From Eledone cirrhosa (taxonomy: Eukaryota), in the NCBI GenBank assembly GCA_964016885.1, contig OZ024746.1, positions 85,064,001 to 85,128,000 of the forward strand: a stretch of 64,000 bases of DNA, written 5' to 3'. Positions within the stretch are counted from its first letter, which is position 1. Every line of letters starts with the position of its first letter. Shown piece after piece: positions 1 through 13,994 of the stretch. The translations under genes and the position numbers were made by a program. Below the pieces are notes generated by a model. It was not told the origin of the DNA. It worked only from the letters and a program-made list of their open reading frames with translations, and did not search any database.

Positions 1-41
1 GTCGAAACGGCTTGAGCTCTACCGTCGGGGTCATACTTTTT

Positions 42-45
<4 letters not shown>
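1..45. mobile_element. Partial copy (one palindrome arm) of TA-inserted family A
   Basis: gtcGAAACggcttgagctctaccGTCggggtcatactttttccta runs into (TA)n; matches arms of copies at 7372, 30179 and 35182. Confidence 0.8.
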
Positions 46-133
<88 letters not shown>

Positions 134-147
134 TATATATAGAATTG

Positions 148-225
148 ACTCCCTGATGAAGAAAGGAATTCTCCATGGTTTTGAACACTATTTATATCCC
201 CTTTCAGAAACTAATTAGTTGGAGT
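148..225 (+). ncRNA. Type I hammerhead ribozyme
   Basis: Stem I actcc/ggagt; CTGATGA 153-159; stem II gaaagg/cctttc flanked by single A; GAAA 207-210; palindromic stem III ACTAATTAGT; triplet GTT. Confidence 0.75.
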
Positions 226-669
226 GAAACTTAAGTAAGTAAGTTAATTATTATAATTTTCTTATTTTACGTCTTTCATATAATTGTTCTACATTTTTGT
301 ATTGAACCCCAAAGTTACTAAGACAAAACCTATATCTTGCTAGCATAAGTATACTTCTGTATAAATATGTTGGTAGATATACTAATTCTTTATAATTATC
401 TCAAAATTATTTGTTGAGCAAAAATTTGCCTGAATTACTGCTATGATTCATAGTAATAGTTTGGCTACTGTCTTTTTAACACCCCACTCCTCACTGATTA
501 ACCTCGGTGTCACGTGATTGATTCTTTTGAATTTGCCACTGACCGGGAAGGTAGTGAAATTTTCAGTGTCTTGAAATTTAGTCCGCGCTTGCTTCTTTTC
601 CATTCACTGAATTATTTTTGTTTGAGATCCCTGTGTCCGCCTATCGCCAGCGATCTTAGCAGAGAATTG

Positions 670-747
670 ACTCCCTGATGAAGAAAGGAATTCTCCATGG
701 TTTTGAACACTATGTATATCTCCTTTCAGAAACTAATTAGTTGGAGT
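670..747 (+). ncRNA. Type I hammerhead ribozyme (second copy)
   Basis: Same fold; CTGATGA 675-681, stem II gaaagga/tcctttc, GAAA 729-732. Confidence 0.75.
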
Positions 748-1039
748 GAAACTTAAGTAAGTAAGTTAATTATTATAATTTTCTTTTTTACGTCTTTCAT
801 ATATATATATATGTATGTATGTATATATATATATATATGTATTTTTTTTCGCGAGTCAGTTCTTTTGTTGTTACGGACTCCGCGGCTGAATTACCGGCCG
901 CTATCTTCAATTTGCAAAGCCCTTTAAACTGTATGTTATTACTCTGATGTTTTATACCTTATCGAGTGCTTGGCTGCACTTCTGAATGCATTCGTCGGCT
1001 TAGCTGCGGCTCGAGCTTCGAACATGGTGTACTTCCATT

Positions 1040-1622
<583 letters not shown>

Positions 1623-2191
1623 AATGGAAGGTTAGTTATGGCGGCGGCCAAGCTAACGAGATACAATGTATGTGTGTGTGTACATGTAAATTAAATATAC
1701 ATACATACACTTGTGTGTATACGTAAGTACGCACACACACAGAGCGTGAAGGGAGAGGGAATGGTGAAACGATTAAATTAGAAAGAGGTAATGGTGGCGG
1801 GAAGAGAAACGGAAGAAAAGGAGAAGGAAATCAAAGGTTTATTAGTGAACAAATAAATGAGATTGGTGGTGAGTGTTTAGGAGTTTTAAACCGGAAGTGT
1901 GAGGGGACGAGAAATAACTGTTGTAATTGAGAGACTTGATAAAGGGAGTAGGAGGAAGGAGAAAATAATGATAGTGAGAAGAAGGCTGCAAGAAAATAAG
2001 AGGGAGAACACAATAGAGGGAGATTTGATATAATCGAGATGAGCGGCGGCTTGAATAAACATGTTTAGTTGAACATGAGGTGGTAGGGGTGTAAATAAAT
2101 CTGATTTGGTAAAAAAAAAATAAATAGGAGAGACGTCGGACTGAATAAATTGTTGATAAAAAAAGGCGGAATTGAAGAGGTCGGAAATAAA

Positions 2192-2205
2192 TGGATGAAT
2201 GGATG

Positions 2206-2260
<55 letters not shown>

Positions 2261-2341
2261 GGATGGATGGATAGATAGATAGATAGATAGATGGATGGAT
2301 AGATAGATAGATAGATAGATAGATGGATGGATGGATAGATG

Positions 2342-2388
<47 letters not shown>
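2192..2388. repeat. (GATA)n/(GATG)n tetranucleotide array
   Basis: Direct reading. Confidence 0.97.
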
Positions 2389-2389
<1 letters not shown>

Positions 2390-2497
2390 TGTTTCTTTTT
2401 TAGCCACAGGGGCACAAAAGAAGGGGATAAATACAAAGGAGGAAGTTTCCATACAATAAAAACGTGTAGATAGATAGCTAGATGGATAGATACATAA

Positions 2498-2532
<35 letters not shown>

Positions 2533-2552
2533 TACATATACATATATATATA

Positions 2553-2970
2553 TTTAATTCGTCGAGCTAATTCAAATGTCGAGTAAACCCGGCTGCTATT
2601 TTTAGTGGTGTGAGTCTGCGAGACACGCTAAGTTCTGGTACCATGTGCGTTGTTATATATATGCACACTAACCAGTTTTTTAATATAATTAGAAGTGACC
2701 AGAATTCTAATAATTCTTCACCCGCTGATGAGCAAGGATTTGGTATTCCTCTTCACAATTAATATTGCGAAACAGTATTATCAAAACTGTCCGGGTGATT
2801 GGTAGTTACCACAATTCAGATTTGTATTTATTTCCTTGATTTATCCTTAATTGAGTCTGGCAAACCCTATTGTCTGTAGTTACTATTCTCTTCACCTTAG
2901 CGAATCTGTCCTTCTTACGATTTGAACACTATATCTATATGTCTGTGTTGGTTTTTTCTTTTTTGTTCAG

Positions 2971-2973
<3 letters not shown>
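2553..2973 (+). mobile_element. TA-flanked HHR-bearing insert (Penelope-like/retrozyme remnant)
   Basis: Unique sequence bounded by TA tracts, with a canonical HHR and an AT-rich 3' tail. Confidence 0.6.
2718..2798 (+). ncRNA. Canonical type I hammerhead ribozyme
   Basis: Stem I tcacccg/cgggtga; CTGATGA 2725-2731; stem II gcaa/ttgc; GAAA 2769-2772; stem III acagt/actgt; GTC triplet with predicted cut after C2791. Confidence 0.9.
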
Positions 2974-3053
<80 letters not shown>

Positions 3054-3107
3054 GAGAGAGAGAGCGAGAGAGAAAGTAGGTAGGTGCGTGGATAGATAGA
3101 AAGCAAG

Positions 3108-3600
3108 ATAAACAGGTAGATAGTTAGGTAGATAGGGAGGGAGGGAGGTAGGTAGGTAGGTAGGTAGTTAGGTAGGGTAGGAGGTAGATAGGTAGATAGG
3201 AGGTAGATAGGTAGGTATGTAGGGTGGTAGATAGGGAGGTAGGTAGATAGTTAGGAAGATAGGAGGTAGATAGGTAGGTAGGTAGGCAGGTAGGTAGGTA
3301 GTAGATAGGTAGGTAGGTAGGTAGGTAGTAGGTAGGTAGGTAGGTAGGTAGGTAGGTAGGTAGGTAGGTGGGTAGGTAGGTAGGTAGGTAGGTAGGTAGG
3401 TAGGTGGGTAGGTAGGTAGGTAGTAGGTAGGTAGGTAGGGTAGGTAGGTAGGTAGGTAGGGTAGGTAGGTAGGTAGGTGGTAGGTAGGTAGGTAGGTAGG
3501 TAGGTATGTAGGTTTTAGGTAGGTAGGTAGGTAGGGAGGGAGGTAAATAGGTAGGTAGATATAGATAGGTAGGTAGGTAAGGAGATAGAAGGTTAGGTAG
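3108..3600. repeat. (AGGT)n tetranucleotide array
   Basis: Direct reading. Confidence 0.95.
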
Positions 3601-3892
3601 AGAGACAGGCGTATAGATAAACAGATGGATAGAGAGCAAAAAAAGGGGGGGATAGAGAGAGACGATACAAAGTTGGATAGGGAGACAGAGTGTGGGAGAG
3701 GAGAGAGAGGGAGATAGAGGGTGGGAGAGGAGAGAGAGGGAGATAGTGAGATTAGAACTTTAATGATCTACAGAGAAATTTTCCGTTCTGCTAGAGGTCA
3801 TCAAGCTGGCAACCGAGTTTCTTGTCCCCCCCCCCCCTCTGCTCTCTCTCTCTCTCTTTCCCTCTCTCTATCTCTCTCTCTCTCTCTTTCTA

Positions 3893-3924
<32 letters not shown>

Positions 3925-4278
3925 TCTTTCCCTCTCTTTTCGATTTTTTTTCTTTACTTGGACTACCTTTATTGCTGTATCCCCTTGTGACCCTGTCTCT
4001 AATTATGTACTCCTGAAGAAAGGCTAAACCCCAACACACGAACGTTCTTTCCCCTTTTTCATATAAAGTGTGAAACTAATAAGAAGTTTTGTACTGTACC
4101 TCTGTTTGCAGTCTCCTTCCTGTTTGTATTTTCGTTGTTGTGGTGGCATTTACTGTGTCACACCTCTATAATTTATCGATTTATCGATATCATCTCATTG
4201 AGTGCTTTGTACCATTCTCTGAAGATTGATTTCGAGAAATGCTAATCGTAGCTGCAACTTCAATTTTACTCACTATTG

Positions 4279-4316
<38 letters not shown>

Positions 4317-4319
<3 letters not shown>

Positions 4320-4420
4320 CCAGTAAGACCCCGACGGTTCCTATTACCCACTCTACTACCCTAAGTATTGAGTACTTTGGTGCGTTATGGTCCACCTGGT
4401 TCCTTACCACATTTCCTTCG

Positions 4421-4423
<3 letters not shown>
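4317..4423 (+). mobile_element. Short family A copy with small inverted 5' piece
   Basis: Inverted gaaccagtaagaccccgacgg joined to family A tail cctattacccactctactaccctaagtattgagtac...ttcgtta; TA on both sides. Confidence 0.85.
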
Positions 4424-4484
<61 letters not shown>

Positions 4485-4486
4485 TA

Positions 4487-4550
4487 GTCACGAACCCAGA
4501 TCACATGGTTGCGAAGCGGATTCTTAACCACGCAATCATGGCTGCGTCTA
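4487..4550 (-). mobile_element. tRNA-derived SINE head (octopus OR-like)
   Basis: Minus strand tagacgcagccatgattgcgtggttaag...gggttcg; related copy at 61125-61260. Confidence 0.55.
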
Positions 4551-4742
4551 TATATGAATCTGTTTCAAATCTGAGTAAGTGTGAATTGTGTTTGGGGTTT
4601 CTGTTTACCTATCCTTAGAATTGGGACCGAGAAACTCGTTGACCAGGCCGTCCTGTTGGCACTGATGATCTCTAAAAAAAGAAGGAAAAATTCCACTGGA
4701 GCGATTTAAAGTTCTAATCTCTCCCCCCCCCACCCCTCTCAC

Positions 4743-4795
<53 letters not shown>

Positions 4796-4841
4796 GGGGT
4801 GAAAGCAGCGATTCTTTGCTTAAACTTTAATCTGTTATTTT

Positions 4842-4881
<40 letters not shown>

Positions 4882-4994
4882 TCGTGTACAGATATTTTTT
4901 CATAGACAATAAGAAAATATAAACAAACGTATTTATTTCACGAGGCTCGATAAGAATAAATATATATGAAATATATAAGAACCCTAGAGAAAAT

Positions 4995-5022
4995 CCCGAG
5001 CAACGACGGCTATTCTGCTAGT
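4995..5022 (+). mobile_element. Helitron-like 3' terminus
   Basis: cccgagcaacgacggc hairpin remnant followed by CTAG then T. Confidence 0.5.
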
Positions 5023-5160
5023 ATATATAATAAAACATATTGTATATAGCTTTCACAACAGTAATTTAAATGTTTACATTTTCGTAAGGGAAAGTTTTAA
5101 AGAGTTTATATCAACAATTGAAAACTCCTTCTAATCTATTATTAATCTAATTTATTCGGT

Positions 5161-5342
5161 AATAATTGTTTCTACTTTTGGCACAAGGCCAGCAATTATC
5201 CCAGTGCATTACTGGTACTTTATTTATCGACCCCGTAAGGATGAAAGGCAAAGTTAACCTCGGCGGGATTAGAACTCAGATCATAAAGGAAGTAACTCCA
5301 TGCTTCAAAGCATGGCGCCCGACCCTCTACCGATACTGCCAA
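5161..5342 (-). mobile_element. tRNA-derived SINE (family S1)
   Basis: A-box-like TGGCAGTATCGG, B-box-like GAGTTCTAATCCC, core gcctttcatccttacggggtcgataaa, ATT-rich tail. Confidence 0.9.
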
Positions 5343-6144
5343 GTACAATTCTAGTATACAGCTATTACATATACCTGTATCTTGTTTATACTGGTCAACA
5401 AATGCTAGACCAGACCAAGAAATCTCGTATCATCTTACAATCTGCAACATACTAATGGTAAAAGTCTAAGCCTGGCAGTCAGTAGACATAGCCAGTAATA
5501 TTTGAACATAAAGCTCTGTTTGTTGCTCACTAACCATTACAAAACCGCTCTTATTTTAGGTCGTAATGGGGAGGTCCATAGAAGGAGTTAAACCCAAAAA
5601 CGTCATCTAAAAGCTATGAGTTCAAATGTTTAATCGCAAAGTCAAATGCTCAAATACGTTCGAAGCGTGAAAATTCAGTATTTCTATTTATCAGGTATGT
5701 ATCTAGATCGACATTTCATATCCAGAATGTCAATAGTCTTTTAAAAGGTTGGGTGTGATTTGAGCAAGATTTAATTTCTGTTTGTATAGGTTGAGCAAAC
5801 ACATAGAGATAAGCTCACTGTCTGGTTGTCATGTTAGTTTTCCTGATTGTTACAGGTTAGGCCGGTGAGTTGGCACCTATTTACTGCTGGATACCCAAGG
5901 GAGTTAACCGTCCTCCTCCACACAATATACAGTGCCCATGAGAGCATATTAAAGAAATAACTTATAATACATATAGACCATAAATTTAATGAGAATTAAC
6001 GGATCAAATATAATCATCCCTGAAATACACACACCCTTATACGCACGCACATTATATATATATATATTATATATATATATTATATATATATATATTATAT
6101 ATATATTATATATAATATTCTTTATAATATTATATATATAAATA

Positions 6145-6193
<49 letters not shown>

Positions 6194-6462
6194 TCACACA
6201 CACACATATATATATAACAGATATCAAAGAGTAATAAAATACTTCAAAGAAAGTTTGTGGCGACATCAACTGGACTGTCAGGATTGATCGAATGTGTAGA
6301 GAGTATTGTGATTATTATAATGCCCAGGGCTAGAAAGTGAAGATGCCTTACATCAATCCCAGACTTTTCAAAGAAAAAATAAAGCATTTCTGAAAACTCA
6401 GTAAATCCAATTACGACTTTAGATACAAACGCATAAACACGCACGAACGCATGCACACACAT

Positions 6463-6545
<83 letters not shown>

Positions 6546-6611
6546 AAAATGTGTGTGTGTGTATATATGTATATTTATATATATGTATGTGTATGTATAT
6601 GTATGTGTAGG

Positions 6612-6686
<75 letters not shown>

Positions 6687-6740
6687 GTATATATATATAT
6701 ATGTATGTATATATATGCATATATATATATATATATATTA

Positions 6741-6841
<101 letters not shown>

Positions 6842-6846
6842 GTATA

Positions 6847-6908
<62 letters not shown>

Positions 6909-7180
6909 GATATGTATAATGAGTTAGGGAAATTCAGATATACATTGTAATCTCTCTCTCTCTCCATACATATGTGAAGCAACACAAACGCTGGAATGTG
7001 TAGACACATTATATGCATGTGTGCCAGAGCATGTGACACTGCGTGAACACACATAGTCTATCAGAGACATATACACTCTACACATATATCTGCATATATA
7101 TACATCTATACACCCTCGCAAACACTCACATATACAAGTGTTTATAGATGTTTCTTCCTCCTGTCTCTCTCTCTCTTTCA

Positions 7181-7226
<46 letters not shown>

Positions 7227-7233
7227 TTTTTCA

Positions 7234-7308
<75 letters not shown>

Positions 7309-7371
7309 TCTCTCCCTCTCTATCTCTCTCTCTCTATGTATGTATATATATATATATATATGTCTATATAT

Positions 7372-7579
7372 ATAGGAACAAGTATGACCCCGACGGCAGA
7401 GCTCTAGCCGTTTCGACGGCTAATTCTGGACTAAATTTAGTCCAGAATTAGCCGTCGAAACGGCTTGAGCTCTGCCGTCCGGGGTCATACTTGTTCCTAT
7501 TACTCACTCTACTACCCTAAGTATTGAGTACTTTGGTGCGTTATGGTCCATCTGGTTCCTTACCACATTTCCTTCGTTA
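7372..7579 (+). mobile_element. Family A copy: 129-bp palindrome plus 3' tail, in (TA)n
   Basis: Palindrome 7372-7500 centred on ctaaa|tttag; GAAAC-ggc...gcc-GTC half-HHR at 7457-7479. Confidence 0.9.
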
Positions 7580-7595
7580 TGTCTATATATATATA

Positions 7596-7626
<31 letters not shown>

Positions 7627-7639
7627 GTGTAATATATAT

Positions 7640-8135
<496 letters not shown>

Positions 8136-8158
8136 ATATATATATATATATATGCATA

Positions 8159-8225
<67 letters not shown>

Positions 8226-8254
8226 CAATTTCATTTACAGAAAAGCATTTATTC

Positions 8255-8410
8255 TTTTATTTACTGGTTTAGTCATTCGACTGCGGCCATGCTGGGACTC
8301 TGCCTTGATTTAGTCGATCTTATCCTTCACCACTTTTCACAAGACTGGTACTTATTTTATCGATCGCTTTTTTGACGAACCACTAGGTTACGAAGCATAT
8401 ATTCTGATAT
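8255..8410 (-). mobile_element. 3' part of another octopus-type SINE
   Basis: agtcattcgactgcggccatgctggg...ctggtacttattttatcga shares the core of family S1. Confidence 0.55.
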
Positions 8411-9236
8411 AAACATAGACACACACACACATACACATACCTTTTTCCTATCACTGCCACTCATCAGACCGACTAATTCCCCTTGGCCCTACTTTCGGTC
8501 ACCTATATACGCGCATAAATACACATAACAGATCACGAGGCACACACACACACACGCAATATATAAACTACAACATGAAGACTCTCGTATTCCTGAGTAT
8601 TTGGGTTTTAATTTTTAGGAATTTTTTCAAAATATTTTTTTTAAAAGAGGTTTTAAGATTTAGAAAATTACATTTCTATTCATAGTTGCCAATACAAACT
8701 TCGTATGAATATGCGCAAAAAGCGTTTGTTATTTTCTCCAAAATTTCTCAAGGGGAATTACCTCTCTCGAACGTTTTACAACATACGTAATTTAACCGTA
8801 ATGTAACGGGTTCTTTTAAGGTATTTAACAAAACAAACATTTACAACTTAAGTTACGCACATAATACACATACACTAGATTGAAAGCTAATTATATGCAC
8901 ATCTATACATATAGTTGTGTAAAATTATAATCTATTGGTTTGGGGGAGTTACTCGCCTTTGTTTTTGAGAGGAATTCTTAACGAACTATGAACATTAAAC
9001 GTAGGGAAGCGATTTTATTCTTTAACTTTGTCCTAGTACCTGACAGAAAAGGCCATTTTAGAATGGCTACTTCACTATACTGTGGTAGCCATACCTGGAC
9101 CCTGACACCTAAGGTCGCTCATACATGTTAAGTGTCTGAACTTTAATATAAACTATATAAGCTCTCTTGTGCTATCATAGATTGAGCATCTTTCCTTGGC
9201 CTTTTATCTACGGATATCTTGCATATATACACACAC

Positions 9237-9279
<43 letters not shown>

Positions 9280-9284
<5 letters not shown>

Positions 9285-9475
9285 CGTCGTATCCAAGAAT
9301 TTAATTTCTTCTTTGCTGATCGATTCCTTTATGGTGATGGTGTTGATGACTACGTCGACCAATTCTGGCATGGAAGAATCGATGGTAAAGAGAAAAGTCC
9401 TGATTTTCAATGGCAAATTTATTTTTAAATCCTACAGGATAATGGTTGTGAAGTCCTTTGATGAACAGTAGAGGG
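9280..9475 (-). pseudogene. Possible decayed Penelope-like reverse transcriptase fragment
   Basis: Minus frame KDFTTIIL*DLKINLPLKIRTFLFTID...TIKESISKEEIKFLDTTIH resembles PLE RT segments (KDT..FL..L...LxTxD and TIKFT..S...I.FLD); judged by eye. Confidence 0.35.
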
Positions 9476-10493
9476 CAGACATTTTGAGAGCACTCCATTA
9501 TTTTTAGTTTTCCTGTAGAGACCAATCTTTATATTCCTTTAAATTTAAATTTGATAATGATGTCATTGTGTGGGGTGGTGGTGGGGGAGGGGGGAGGGGG
9601 TAATAGTCACGAATGGCCACTTTTATTCAATAAAGAACACAAATGTAAATTTTGAAAATCCCTGTTTCGTTGTTCGACCTTTCTTGCAGATACCTGCTGA
9701 ATAATTGCTCCACGACTGACGTTCGTGTTGGTGTTCACCCCTAATTCTAAAGGCGATTGAAGAGATATGTTTCTGTGACGTCAGAAAATCACCGATTAAC
9801 GAATGTAGTTTGCTTAAATATTTTAACATTTTGATAACATTGTCCGAAAGTTTGTTTCTAATGAGATAATTTCTAATTGATTTCAAATAAAGCTCTCTGG
9901 ACCAACTAATAATAATAATCTTTTATAACGTTGTCCATAATCATAAAAAACGACTTCCTGTATGTGAATGTGTATGAGAGAGAAAAAGAGAAAGAGAAAA
10001 AGGGAGAGTATGTGTGTGTTTGTGTATGAGAGAGAGAGTGTGAGTGAGTCAGAAAAAAAGAAAAAGAAAGGGTGGGTGTGTTTGCGTATGTAAGGTAGAC
10101 AAAGAAAAAGAGAAAAAGAGAGAGTGTGTGTGTGTTTGTGTATAAGAGAGAGAGAGGGGGGAGACAAACCGACAGAGAGACAAACAAACAGACAGAGAAA
10201 GAGACAAAAAGAGAGTGTGTGCGTTTGTGTGTGCAACATGGTAAGAATTCTTTTATCTTCATTCGGTGAACACAGAATTAAATGAAAAGCGCATGAATGA
10301 CTTTTCATAAATGCAGATAGTATTTTTATAAGCAGCAAATGTAAAATGAATGGCGCTGCTCGAAGAAATTAAAGAGATAATAACAACTGATCTACTATAC
10401 TGCTGACCTTTTGAAAAGAAATAATAGAAACTGATACGCTGGTTTTGAGATTTCAGCATTCGTAACTACAGTGGCTTACCATTAACTAACATA

Positions 10494-10703
10494 GGGAGGG
10501 TGGTGGATTGGCAATATCGATAGAGCATTGGACAACATGCTTTGCGGCATATAGTTATGTCTCTTTACGTTCTGAGTTCAAATCCCGCCGCGGCTAGCTT
10601 TGCCTTTCACCCTTACGGGTCAATAAAATGATGTACCAGAATGCACTGTTATCGTTTCAATTGACTTCAAATTGCTAGCCTTGTGCCAAAAGAAGAAACA
10701 ATT
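10494..10703 (+). mobile_element. tRNA-derived SINE S1
   Basis: ggtggattggcaatatcg, ctgagttcaaatcccgcc, core and tail. Confidence 0.88.
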
Positions 10704-10832
10704 AACTAACATAGGACGAATGAAAATTAATGAACTGAAAACGAAGAGGAAAAACAGGAAATATAAGTTATCAACGAGGATTGAAGAACGTATCTCTTAT
10801 ATGCCATGTACTAACTACCGTTTATTTCACAG

Positions 10833-10854
10833 CGAGGTTTATGACTGCCTTCGT
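10833..10854 (+). other. Candidate 22-nt microexon of an unidentified + strand gene
   Basis: TACTAAC 10809-10815, tttatttcacAG acceptor, GTGAGT donor 10855-10860, TGCATG 10868-10873; one frame reads EVYDCLR. Confidence 0.4.
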
Positions 10855-11153
10855 GTGAGTGCATACTTGCATGCATACATACATCCGACCTGCCAACCTC
10901 TAAAAACCCAAACGGAGAGTACCATGAAAAAAGGTGCCCCAAAACGGGGAGAAATGAGGCAAAATGCGAAGATTTTACATAATGAAAGCTATACCCATTT
11001 CCACATGAGAAGACATCTCTTACCCACCCAAAGTGGCTGGAAGATCTCCCCGTCCGACGGGGAGAGTTGACAGGTCTGCATACATACACATAATTTTTTT
11101 TTTAATAATTAAAATATTTAACTATAGAAAAGAACAGGTTCTCTCTCTCTCTG

Positions 11154-11235
<82 letters not shown>

Positions 11236-11745
11236 CCTCTCTCTCTCTCTCAACTCATAACACCAACGCCACTATCGCTCGCTAATGCCAACACCTTCAC
11301 CACCATTATTGCTACCACCACCACCACTACAATCATTGCTGTTACCTCTGCTTCCACCCGCACCACCATCACCACGACTATCGCCACTACAACTACCACC
11401 TTCACCACAACCTTCAACACTATCAGTGCAATCTTTACTTCTACCACCACCACCACCACCACCATTAACTCTTCCACTACCACTGTGGTCAACACAATTA
11501 TTTTCCACCCCAACTCCAACCACTACAACTACTACAACTACCACTACAATCACTACTATCACTACAACTACAACTACCCCAACGACCACAACTACTAATT
11601 CCCACCATTACTACAACTACTACAACTACCACTACTTCAGCCCCCCCCCCCCCACCCCCACCTACATGCTCAAGCCTCATCTCCACTACCACCACAACTA
11701 CGACCTCTCCAGTGTCTTTCTCTGGCCACCGTTATTCCCTCCCTT

Positions 11746-12027
11746 ACACACACACACATATACATACACACACATACATACACACATACACACATACACA
11801 TACACACATACATACACACACATACATTCACACATACATACACACATACATTCACACACACACACATACATACACACACACATACACACACACATACATA
11901 CACACACATACATACACACACACACATACACACACATACATACACACACACATATACACACACATACATACACACACATACACACACACACATGCACACA
12001 CACATACACACACACATGCATACACAC

Positions 12028-12059
<32 letters not shown>

Positions 12060-12410
12060 ACATACGCACACATACATACACACACACACATACACACTCA
12101 CACATACATACACACACACATACACACATACACACACACATACATACACACACATACACACATACACACACACACACATACACACACACATACACACACA
12201 CATACATACACACACATACATACACACATACATACACAAACACACACACATACACACACACACACATACACACACACACACATACATACACACACACACA
12301 CATACACACACACACACATACATACACATACACACACATACACACACACACATGCACACACACATACACACACACATACATACACACACATACATACACA
12401 CATACATACA
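11746..12410. repeat. (CA)n/(CATA)n compound microsatellite
   Basis: Direct reading. Confidence 0.97.
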
Positions 12411-12807
12411 GATTATTTACTTTCTTCAGTCTCTATTGCAATGGCTTCCTATACCGCACCTGCTCCGTCCATCTCTTCTTTCACTCAGTTATCTCCCTTT
12501 TCTCTCTTCTTCTCCCAACTTCTAACACTCTTTTTGAACAACGCTCTTTAACTCATTCCTTACTCTCCCCCCCCTCTCTATCTCTCTCTCTCTAAATTTC
12601 TACCCCGTCACTCTCTCTTCTTTCATTCTCTACTCTTACACTCTCATTTCTTTCTTTTCCTTTTCCTTTATCTGCTCTCTTTTCTCTCAACTTCTCCCTC
12701 TTCTCTCCCCTTTCCTCGCTATCTCTCTCACCTCACACGTACCCTTTCTTAACTTCGTTCTCCTCTCTCCTTTAATCTCTCTCTCTCTCGCTCTCGCTCT
12801 CTCTCTC

Positions 12808-12815
12808 TGAGGAAT

Positions 12816-12851
<36 letters not shown>

Positions 12852-13025
12852 TCTCCCCCTCTCTCTCTCTGTGAATTCTCCTCTCTCGCTCTCTAAATTC
12901 TCCTCTCTCTCTCTCTCTGAATTCTCCTCTCTCCTCTCTCTCTCTCTGAATTCTCCTCTCTCTCCCTATGTCTCTCTCTCTCTTTCTTTCTCTCCCTCTC
13001 TCTCTTTCTCTGTATTCTCCTCTCT
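12808..13025. repeat. Minisatellite of gaattctcc plus variable (CT)n
   Basis: About seven (g)aattctcc-like anchors separated by CT tracts. Confidence 0.8.
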
Positions 13026-13356
13026 TTCTCTCTCTATTCCTCTTCAACCACTCTCATTTGATCTTTCAACCTTCTTCTCTTTCTTAATTTTCTATTTTCA
13101 CTTTTACTTTCCCTTTCATTCATTATTGCTTAAATATATCTTTGTTTACTTTTTATACTCTTTCTTTCGGTAATGTTTTACTTGTCTTATTTCACTTTTA
13201 AGCTTTCACAAAACTTGTTCGCCGTCTCATACTCGCTGTCTTTGTCTCTGTCTTTATCTCTTTCTTTCTCTGTTACTTTACCATTCTATTTCTCTCTTTT
13301 TCACTGTTTATCTCTCTCTCCCTCCCCTCTTTGCTCCTCTCTCTCTCTCTCTCTCG

Positions 13357-13423
<67 letters not shown>

Positions 13424-13534
13424 CTGTTTTGTCTTCTGTTTTTTTTTTACATTGCTATTTCAACCTTTGTTCTTTTCTTTTTCTCATTCTGTTTGTCATT
13501 TTGTCTCACTGTTCCTCTTTCTCTCCCTCTCTCC

Positions 13535-13958
<424 letters not shown>

Positions 13959-13994
13959 TGGAGTTTGTTGTGGTGGTGATAGTTGAGGTGGTGG

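Larger units (their letters stand above)
141..803 (+). mobile_element. Retrozyme / Penelope pseudo-LTR-like insert: 522-nt unit plus ~140-nt terminal direct repeat
   Basis: Near-identical direct repeats 141-282 and 663-803, each with an HHR; bounded by TA tracts. Confidence 0.75.

Noticed and set aside
226-240. Second GAAAC-ttaa-GTA motif after the first HHR
   Set aside because: No matching CTGANGA or stem I can be built for it
4009-4087. actcCTGAAGAaagg...GAAACtaataagaagt
   Set aside because: Resembles the 148-225 HHR but stems II and III do not close
4662-4695. CTGATGA...GAAA
   Set aside because: No acceptable stems I-III
9623-9886. 87-aa minus ORF in unique sequence
   Set aside because: No recognisable domain or splice context; short enough to be chance
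11285-12595. 436-aa Pro/Thr/His ORF (mucin-like appearance)
   Set aside because: Made of (CCA)/(CTA)/(CA) repeats
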